The notes under the pieces: model-generated
Databases searched by the model: none
Told to the model about the DNA's origin: nothing
What the model saw: the letters and a program-made list of their open reading frames with translations, nothing else
Shown: positions 25,474 to 32,000 of the stretch, one piece after another
How the letters are laid out: each line of letters starts with the position of its first letter
Numbering within the stretch: position 1 is the stretch's first letter
Position numbers and translations under genes: made by a program
From: Candidatus Methylomirabilis oxygeniifera
GTDB taxonomy: Bacteria; Methylomirabilota; Methylomirabilia; Methylomirabilales; Methylomirabilaceae
Direction: 5' to 3'
Assembly (NCBI GenBank): GCA_000091165.1
Contig: FP565575.1
Span: forward strand, 1,380,001 to 1,412,000
Length of the DNA stretch: 32,000 bases

Positions 25474-27930
25474 CTATTTAGGAGCTTCGAGAAGGCTGAC
25501 CTCTTCAAATGCTAAGGCGTCTCCCTCCAGCTTTACTCTCAGAGTGCCCCCTTCTGCAAACCGCCCCTTCAACACCTCTTCGGCTAATCGGTCCTCCACA
25601 TAGCGCTGGATGGCACGGCGCAGCGGCCTGGCGCCAAGAGTCGGGTCAAACCCTCTATTGATCAGAAACTCTTTCGCGCTCTCATCGACCGCGAGTGAGA
25701 TCTTACGCTCAGCGAGCTGAAGCTGCAAACGGGCGAGCAGAAGATCCACGATCTTACAGAGCTCATTTTTACTCAACTGGTGGAAGACGATCACCTCATC
25801 GAGCCGGTTGAGCAGTTCGGGGTTAAAGACCCGTTTCAGTTCGCCCAGGACGGTGTCTCTCATCTTATCGTACGTAACCGCCTCGTCACCGCCCTTGGCG
25901 AAGCCCATGGCGGTGTGGAGACCGATCTGACGGGCGCCGATATTGCTCGTCATGATGAGGATGGTATTCTTAAAGTCAACAATACGACCATAACTGTCGG
26001 TCAGGCGACCATCCTCGAAGATCTGGAGGAGCAGATTGAATACCTCCGGGTGGGCTTTTTCGATCTCATCCAGAAGGATGACCGAAAAGGGCCGGCGCCG
26101 GACCTTCTCAGTGAGCTGACCCGAATCGTCGTATCCGATATATCCAGGTGGCGCGCCGATAAGCCGTGAGGTAGAAAAGCGCTCCATATACTCCGACATG
26201 TCAACACGGATCAGCGCGTCCTCCGTTCCGAACAGAAATTCCGCCAGCGCCTTGGCCAGCTCAGTCTTCCCGACGCCGGTCGGCCCCAGAAAGATGAACG
26301 ACCCGACGGGACGACTCGGGCTCTTGATCCCGGCCCGCGAACGGCGAATCGCGCGACTGACGCTCTCGATAGCCTCGATCTGCCCTACCACCCGTTTGGT
26401 CAGATCCTGCTCCATCCGCATCAGCTTGGCCGATTCCTCCTCCTCGATCTGGTACAGCGGAATGCCGGTCCACTTGGAGACGATGTAGGCCACCTCCTCG
26501 GCCGTCACCATGGTTTTTTCCTTCGCCCTGGACTCCTTCCAGTGGGCCTTCTTCTCTTCCAATTCAGTCCGAAGCTTACGCTCCGAGTCGCGGAGCCTGG
26601 CCGCGACCTCAAAGGCCTGAGTCCGGATTGCATCTTCCTTCTGGGCCCGGAGACGCTCAACCTCGTTCTCCATCTCGCGGAGATCCTGCGGCAGCATCAG
26701 GGTTTTCAACCGCGCCCGCGAGCCGGCCTCGTCGATCACATCAATGGCCTTATCTGGAAGAAAGCGGTCGGCGATGTAGCGCTGCGACAGGCGCGCAGCA
26801 GCCGTCACCGCCTCGTCGGTAATGATCGCGCAGTGATGCGCCTCATAACGATCCTTGATCTCCCGGAGGATCCGAATCGTCTCCTCCACGCTCGGCGGCC
26901 CGACCTGGACCGCCTGGAACCGTCGCTCCAACGCCCGGTCCTTTTCAATGTGGCGGCGATACTCGTCGAGGGTGGTTGCGCCGATGCACTGCAGCTCCCC
27001 TCGCGCGAGCGCCGGCTTCAACATGCTGGACGCATCGATCGCGCCCTCTGCGGCGCCGGCACCCACTAACGTATGCAACTCATCGATGAACAGGATGATA
27101 CTCTGCGACTGCTGAATCTCCTTGACGACGGCCTTGAGCCGCTCCTCGAACTGACCGCGATACTTGGTTCCGGCCACCATGCCGGCGAGGTCAAGCTGGA
27201 CGACCCGCTTCCGCAGCAGGGTCTCCGGCACATTGCTGGCCACGATCCGTTGGGCAAGCCCTTCCACAATGGCGGTCTTTCCGACGCCGGCCTCCCCGAT
27301 CAGGACCGGATTGTTCTTAGTCCGACGCGAGAGAATCTGGATGACCCGCTCAATCTCCGTCTCGCGGCCGATCACGGGATCCAGGCGGTCCTGGCGCGCC
27401 ATCGCGGTCAGGTCTACGCCGAACTCATCCAGCGCCGGCGTCCTGGTCGAGGTCGTGGGCTTGGAGGCCTGCTCGCCCAGCAACTCCTGGGCCTGCGCCT
27501 TGGCTGAGGCGACGCTGACGCCGAAGTCCCTCAGAACCAATGAGGCGATCCCCTCGCCCTCGCGGATCAGTCCGAGCAGCAGATGCTCGGTCCCAATATA
27601 GTTGTGTCCGAGCGATCTGGCTTCAGAGATGGCGTATTCCAGGACCTTCTTCGCCTGCGGCGTAAAAGGGATCTCTCCGGCGGGGCTGAACTCGGAGCCG
27701 ACCGAGACGATCTTCTCGATCTCTCCCTTGACTGCGGAGATATTCACGTTCAGCTTCTTGAGAATCGCAACCGCGAGTCCGTCGCCCTCGCGGATCAGTC
27801 CGAGCAGCAGATGCTCGGTCCCGACGAAGTTATGTCCAAGGCGGATCGCTTCTTCCCGGGCCAGGATAATGACCTTGCGGGCTCGCTCTGTAAATCGCTC
27901 GAACATCTCCTCACTCCCCTTCTTCAGCAC
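25474..27930 (-). CDS. clpC: ATP-dependent Clp protease ATP-binding subunit ClpC
   Basis: [81 protein letters not shown] and [20 protein letters not shown]. The likely start is the Met at about 27906. Confidence 0.96.
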   Translation of the reverse strand: MLKKGSEEMFERFTERARKVIILAREEAIRLGHNFVGTEHLLLGLIREGDGLAVAILKKLNVNISAVKGEIEKIVSVGSEFSPAGEIPFTPQAKKVLEYAISEARSLGHNYIGTEHLLLGLIREGEGIASLVLRDFGVSVASAKAQAQELLGEQASKPTTSTRTPALDEFGVDLTAMARQDRLDPVIGRETEIERVIQILSRRTKNNPVLIGEAGVGKTAIVEGLAQRIVASNVPETLLRKRVVQLDLAGMVAGTKYRGQFEERLKAVVKEIQQSQSIILFIDELHTLVGAGAAEGAIDASSMLKPALARGELQCIGATTLDEYRRHIEKDRALERRFQAVQVGPPSVEETIRILREIKDRYEAHHCAIITDEAVTAAARLSQRYIADRFLPDKAIDVIDEAGSRARLKTLMLPQDLREMENEVERLRAQKEDAIRTQAFEVAARLRDSERKLRTELEEKKAHWKESRAKEKTMVTAEEVAYIVSKWTGIPLYQIEEEESAKLMRMEQDLTKRVVGQIEAIESVSRAIRRSRAGIKSPSRPVGSFIFLGPTGVGKTELAKALAEFLFGTEDALIRVDMSEYMERFSTSRLIGAPPGYIGYDDSGQLTEKVRRRPFSVILLDEIEKAHPEVFNLLLQIFEDGRLTDSYGRIVDFKNTILIMTSNIGARQIGLHTAMGFAKGGDEAVTYDKMRDTVLGELKRVFNPELLNRLDEVIVFHQLSKNELCKIVDLLLARLQLQLAERKISLAVDESAKEFLINRGFDPTLGARPLRRAIQRYVEDRLAEEVLKGRFAEGGTLRVKLEGDALAFEEVSLLEAPK

Positions 27931-27975
27931 CCTCGCGCTACTGACATGCTGAGTATAGCCGATCCCTCCAGAATT

Positions 27976-28656
27976 TCAAGACTTCTCTACGATGCGACCG
28001 TCTAATATTGTCACGATCCGATCCGATCGATGGGCCAACTTCTCGTTATGCGTAACCATCACAAAGGTGAGGCCGCGTTCTCGATTCAGCCGATGGAGCA
28101 ATTCAAAGGTCGCATCGCCTGTCTTGGTATCGAGATTTCCGGTCGGTTCGTCTGCAAGGATGACCTTAGGTGACGCGCCCAGGGCTCTCGCGATGGCGAC
28201 TCGCTGCTGTTCCCCTCCGGAGAGTTCAGAGGGGCGATGCGAGAGCCTGGGCTCAAGCCCTACCTCCCTCAGCAGGGATACGGCAATCTCCCGTGTCTGT
28301 AATCGATCCCGACGCGCCACCAGAAGCGGCATCATGACATTTTCCAGCGCGGTGAACTCCGGCAATAGATGGTGAAACTGGAAGATGAACCCGACAGTTC
28401 GGTTACGAAAGCCGGCCAGTTGTCCGTCGTCCATCCGGTCGAGGCTGACATTCTCATAGGAAATCCGACCTGCGGTGGGGCGATCCAGAGCGCCGAGCAG
28501 ATGCAGGAACGTGCTCTTTCCGGCTCCTGAAGGTCCCACGATCGCAATGAATTCCCCCTGGTCAATACTGAGATCAACGCCTTTCAGGACCTCGACTGCT
28601 CCGCCATCGATCTGGAACGACTTGTAGACGCCATCTGCCCTGATGAACTCATTCAT
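27976..28656 (-). CDS. lolD: Lipoprotein-releasing ABC transporter ATP-binding protein
   Basis: IVGPSGAGKSTFLHLLGALDRPTAG, FQFHHLLPEFTALENVMMPL, LSGGEQQRVAIARAL and HNEKLAHRSDRIV. Overlaps the lolC/E start. Confidence 0.95.
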   Translation of the reverse strand: MNEFIRADGVYKSFQIDGGAVEVLKGVDLSIDQGEFIAIVGPSGAGKSTFLHLLGALDRPTAGRISYENVSLDRMDDGQLAGFRNRTVGFIFQFHHLLPEFTALENVMMPLLVARRDRLQTREIAVSLLREVGLEPRLSHRPSELSGGEQQRVAIARALGASPKVILADEPTGNLDTKTGDATFELLHRLNRERGLTFVMVTHNEKLAHRSDRIVTILDGRIVEKS

Positions 28657-29899
28657 AACGGATCGCGACGACCGGGTCGAGCCTGGCCGCCCGCCAGGAA
28701 GGGTAGAGCGTCGCGAGGAAGCTCAAGACCAGCGTCGAGGAGGCGATCAAGGCCAAGTCGGTCCCTTTCATCAGGATCGGAACGGCATCCAGCAGATAGA
28801 CATCGCCCTGAAGTCTGACAATTTTGTAGGTCTCCTGCAGCTTACAGATCACCGCGCCTCCCACAGTTCCCAATAGGGTGCCGACCAGTCCAATGACCAC
28901 GCCTTCCACCATGAAGATCAACATGATGCTTCTTGAGCTGGCGCCGATCGACTTCAAGATGCCGATCTCCGCCCCCTTGTCCATCACCTTCATGATCAGG
29001 GTACTCACAATGTTGAAGGCGGCCACCAGCACGATCATCGTCAGGATGACAAACATGGCAAGCTTCTCCAGCTTCAGGGCGGCAAAAAGGTTGCGATGCA
29101 ACTGCATCCAGTCTCTTGCAACGTACGGGAATCCAAGGCGTCGCTGAATATCCGCTCCCACCTCTTTCGCCCTGTACAGATCGTCTACCTTCACCTCGAT
29201 CCCTGTCACGGATTGTCCCATCTGGAAGAGTTGCTGAGCCGCCGTAATGGTGATATAGGCCAGTGCGCTGTCATATTCATACATGCCCATTTCGAAAATT
29301 CCGGCGACGGTGAAACTTCGCATGCGCGGCGCGAGTCCGAACGGGGTCAGCACATTGCCGAAAGGGGAAATGACGTTCACCCGTCCGCCGAGACCGACTC
29401 CGAGATTGGTTGCCAGAGCGCGCCCAATGATGATCCCCTCGGGATCCAGACGCCATCCGCTTCCCTCGGCCGGTTCTTTCAGCCGCGTCGGATCGACCTC
29501 GGCGAAGCTCTCGGTCAGCGTCGTCACCTCCCGCGCGGAGTCGAGGTCGATACCTCGAAGGACCGCGCCTCCCGCCCCTCGACCCGTGCTCAGCATCACC
29601 TGGTGGTAGGTGAACGGCGAGACCGCCACGACACGCGGGACCTCGCGGACCCGCGCGGCCGTCTGAACCGGATCCTCGATCCCTCGATCCCCGGCACGTA
29701 CGATCCATAGGTGAGCATTCGTCCCGAGGATCTTACTCCGAAGGTCACGCTCAAATCCGCTCATCACCGCCAGAACGACAATGAGCGCCATCACGCCAAG
29801 CGCGACGCCGCCGATAGAGATCAGCGTGATCAGGGAGATAAACGCCTGCCCTCGTCTTGCCTTCAGATACCGAAGTCCTACAAACAGTTCAAACGGCAT
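28649..29899 (-). CDS. Lipoprotein-releasing ABC transporter permease, LolC/LolE family
   Basis: MPFELFVGLRYLKARRGQAFISLITLISIGGVALGVMALIVVLAVMSGFERDLRSKILG and IGILKSIGASSRSIMLIFMVEGVVIGLVGT. Confidence 0.95.
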   Translation of the reverse strand: MPFELFVGLRYLKARRGQAFISLITLISIGGVALGVMALIVVLAVMSGFERDLRSKILGTNAHLWIVRAGDRGIEDPVQTAARVREVPRVVAVSPFTYHQVMLSTGRGAGGAVLRGIDLDSAREVTTLTESFAEVDPTRLKEPAEGSGWRLDPEGIIIGRALATNLGVGLGGRVNVISPFGNVLTPFGLAPRMRSFTVAGIFEMGMYEYDSALAYITITAAQQLFQMGQSVTGIEVKVDDLYRAKEVGADIQRRLGFPYVARDWMQLHRNLFAALKLEKLAMFVILTMIVLVAAFNIVSTLIMKVMDKGAEIGILKSIGASSRSIMLIFMVEGVVIGLVGTLLGTVGGAVICKLQETYKIVRLQGDVYLLDAVPILMKGTDLALIASSTLVLSFLATLYPSWRAARLDPVVAIRYE

Positions 29900-31409
29900 C
29901 GATACCGCCCTGTTCGCCTTGGGCGGGCTTCAGGAGAGGAAAAAGAATAACATCGCGAATCGATGGGGAGTCGGTCAGGAGCATCGCCAGCCGGTCAATG
30001 CCGATCCCTTCACCGGCCGTCGGAGGCATTCCGTATTCCAACGCCCGCAGAAAATCCTCATCCAGGCCATGGGCCTCCAGATCGCCTTGATCCCGCTGCC
30101 GCAACTGGTCAAGAAACCGAATGCGCTGCTCGCGTGGATCGTTCAGCTCGGAGTAGGCGTTGGCGATCTCCATCCCGCCGATGAACAGCTCAAACCGCTG
30201 AACGGTCGTCGGCTCACCTTGTGTCGCTTTGGCCAACGGGGAAAGCTCAGTGGGAAAATCGATAATGAACGTGGGCTGAATAAGTTTCGACTCCACCAGG
30301 GTATCGAACAGCTCGGCCATCACCTTTCCCTTCCCCCAACCAGGCAGGATCGTGATCCCATGGTGTCCGGCCGTCGCGCGCACACCCTCTTCCGTCGTAA
30401 GGGCCTCCGCCTCCAGTCCGCCCACCTTGACGAGGGCCTCCTCCAGCGTGAGTTTCGGCCATGGTGGCGCGAAGGAGATCTGCTGTCCCTGATAGGTCAC
30501 CTGCTGATCGCCCGTGATCCCCTTCGCCAGGTGAGCCAGCATCTCTTCCGTCATCGCCATCAGATCCTCGTAATCGGCATACGCCTGATAAAACTCCAGC
30601 ATCGTGAACTCGGGGTTGTGTTGGGTAGAGATACCCTCATTCCGGAAGTTTCGGTTGATCTCGAAAACCCGGTCGAACCCTCCCACCACCAGCCGCTTCA
30701 GATAGAGTTCCGGGGCAATCCTCAGATACAGCTTAATGTCGAGGGCATTGTGATGCGTCACAAAGGGGCGCGCCATGGCGCCTCCGGCCATCGACTGCAT
30801 CATGGGGGTTTCGACTTCCAGGAACTCCCTCGACTCAAAGAAGCGGCGGATCTCCGCGATGAGACGGCTGCGCTTCCTGAAGGCATCGGCAACCTGGCGA
30901 TTCACAATGAGATCCAGGTAGCGCTGGCGGAAACGGGTCTCCACGTCGGTCAGCCCATGCCACTTCTCCGGCAGCGGCCGCAGCGACTTCGACAGGAGCC
31001 GAACCGTCCCGACGCGTACCGTCAGCTCCCCCGTCCGCGTCCGGAAGAGTTGACCTTCCACCCCCAGATGATCGCCGACATCCAGCCTCTTACAGAGGTC
31101 GTAGAGTTGCGCGCCCAGTACATCCCGGGAGAGGTAAATCTGCATCCTTCCGGAACCGTCCTGGAGATGAGCAAAGGTAACCTTGCCGTGATGGCGCAGG
31201 GACATCAGACGACCGGCAATGGCCACCTCTGGCGCTGCATCGGTCTCTTCAGGGAGGACGGCGTACTCCCGGTGAAGGTCGGCTGCGAGGTTCCGAATCT
31301 CGAAGCGGGCCGGATAGGGATCTACACCTGCCGCCTCAAGTTCCGCCAACTTCCGTATCCGCTCGCTCACCAACGGATTGTGCTCTTCCACAATGCCTCC
31401 AATCGTCAA
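29889..31409 (-). CDS. lysS: Lysyl-tRNA synthetase (class II)
   Basis: RFRQRYLDLIVN, FLEVETPMMQSMAGGAMARPFVTHHNALDIKLYLRIAPELYLKRLVVGGFDRVFEINRNFRNEGISTQHNPEFTMLE and GIGIDRLAMLLTDSPSIRDVILFPLLKP. Confidence 0.97.
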   Translation of the reverse strand: MTIGGIVEEHNPLVSERIRKLAELEAAGVDPYPARFEIRNLAADLHREYAVLPEETDAAPEVAIAGRLMSLRHHGKVTFAHLQDGSGRMQIYLSRDVLGAQLYDLCKRLDVGDHLGVEGQLFRTRTGELTVRVGTVRLLSKSLRPLPEKWHGLTDVETRFRQRYLDLIVNRQVADAFRKRSRLIAEIRRFFESREFLEVETPMMQSMAGGAMARPFVTHHNALDIKLYLRIAPELYLKRLVVGGFDRVFEINRNFRNEGISTQHNPEFTMLEFYQAYADYEDLMAMTEEMLAHLAKGITGDQQVTYQGQQISFAPPWPKLTLEEALVKVGGLEAEALTTEEGVRATAGHHGITILPGWGKGKVMAELFDTLVESKLIQPTFIIDFPTELSPLAKATQGEPTTVQRFELFIGGMEIANAYSELNDPREQRIRFLDQLRQRDQGDLEAHGLDEDFLRALEYGMPPTAGEGIGIDRLAMLLTDSPSIRDVILFPLLKPAQGEQGGIDAV

Positions 31410-31499
31410 GTTCGTTCGATTATAGGAACCACCCCGGCAACTGTCAAGGAAGCCCCTGGTGAAATCCTGACATTCGGAGTTCCTTGAGTGGTATGGGAG

Positions 31500-31997
31500 T
31501 TACGTGACTAGAGTGTACCTCCGGCGTGACGCGTAAACGGCAAAGTTCACGATGAGTAGGCCGCTACATGCGGCCTTCACGGCGAATGCGGTGCGGTCGC
31601 AGAAGGAGTAGCGGGTGTGATCGGTGAGCGAGGGGTATGTGTCGTCTATGTAGAGATCCCACGCTTCACCTGTCTCACCGGCAATACACGCGGCGTACGG
31701 GTTGTCGTCGCGCTCCCACCAGTCCAGATAGTCGGCAGCGAGCGCATGCTCGGCTGCGGTGACGGCTTGATCGGGCGTGAGGCCTGCGGCGGCGGCAGAA
31801 GCGAGGTCAGGATTGAGCCACCCCTCACCGAGCCAATGTGGAAGGTCGCTGTCGGCACGGAAGCCTAGCGTATACCATTGCGCGGCGATGGCGGTGATGG
31901 CGGCCTGGTCGCGGTAGAGGTCGGTGTAGTGGGGAATCAGATCGGCGATCTCCGAGATTGCTTTCGCGGTAGCACGGGTATCAGGCTGCAGGCTCAT
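31500..31997 (-). CDS. Hypothetical protein, possibly continuing past the window edge
   Basis: 165-codon ORF (MSLQPDTRATAKAISEIADLIPHYTDLYRDQAAITAIAAQWYTLGF...). No family recognised. The frame is open to base 32000 so the start is uncertain. Confidence 0.5.
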   Translation of the reverse strand: MSLQPDTRATAKAISEIADLIPHYTDLYRDQAAITAIAAQWYTLGFRADSDLPHWLGEGWLNPDLASAAAAGLTPDQAVTAAEHALAADYLDWWERDDNPYAACIAGETGEAWDLYIDDTYPSLTDHTRYSFCDRTAFAVKAACSGLLIVNFAVYASRRRYTLVT

Positions 31998-32000
31998 CGA

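Noticed and set aside
29781-31487. 568-aa + strand ORF, longer than the opposite lysS
   Set aside because: Entirely antisense to a clear lysS with all class II aaRS motifs. The protein has no recognisable motif, and long antisense ORFs are common in GC-rich coding DNA.
1-32000. Search for a new defence, mobile or biosynthetic system
   Set aside because: Nearly all coding space is assigned to housekeeping purine, LPS and envelope functions. No nuclease, reverse transcriptase, integrase, toxin-antitoxin pair or secondary-metabolite enzyme set was recognised.

Overview
The window is a mostly ordinary, chromosome-core region from a Gram-negative bacterium. Gene content could fit an NC10/Methylomirabilis-like lineage, but that is an inference. 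The + strand (1-8329) carries the end of purH, then purD, purE, a frame-disrupted ArnT/PMT-type glycosyltransferase, a GT2 glycosyltransferase, a flippase-like LPG-synthase-TM protein, a PAP2 phosphatase and selD. The - strand (8442-31409) carries a long lipid A/LPS and outer-membrane biogenesis run. In transcription order this is lysS, lolC/E, lolD, clpC, bamA, skp/ompH, lpxD, fabZ, lpxA, lpxI, a Gfo/Idh oxidoreductase, lpxB, a DUF374 acyltransferase, waaA, lpxK, an lpxL-like gene, a waaF-gmhB fusion, a second heptosyltransferase, a MEMO-family protein and an IPTL-tailed YVTN beta-propeller protein. An uncharacterised ORF lies at the right edge. The strongest non-obvious result is that selD starts at 7280, upstream of the ORF track call, and reads through an in-frame UGA at 7328-7330. 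That UGA aligns with the catalytic Cys17 of SelD and is followed by SECIS-like hairpins. Second, short tandem repeats with 7-nt and 9-nt periods sit in several gene junctions, and in two cases encode the C-terminal residues of the upstream gene (LpxL-like and WaaC-like). I found no rRNA, tRNA, CRISPR array, transposase, or convincing evidence for a new defence or mobile system.
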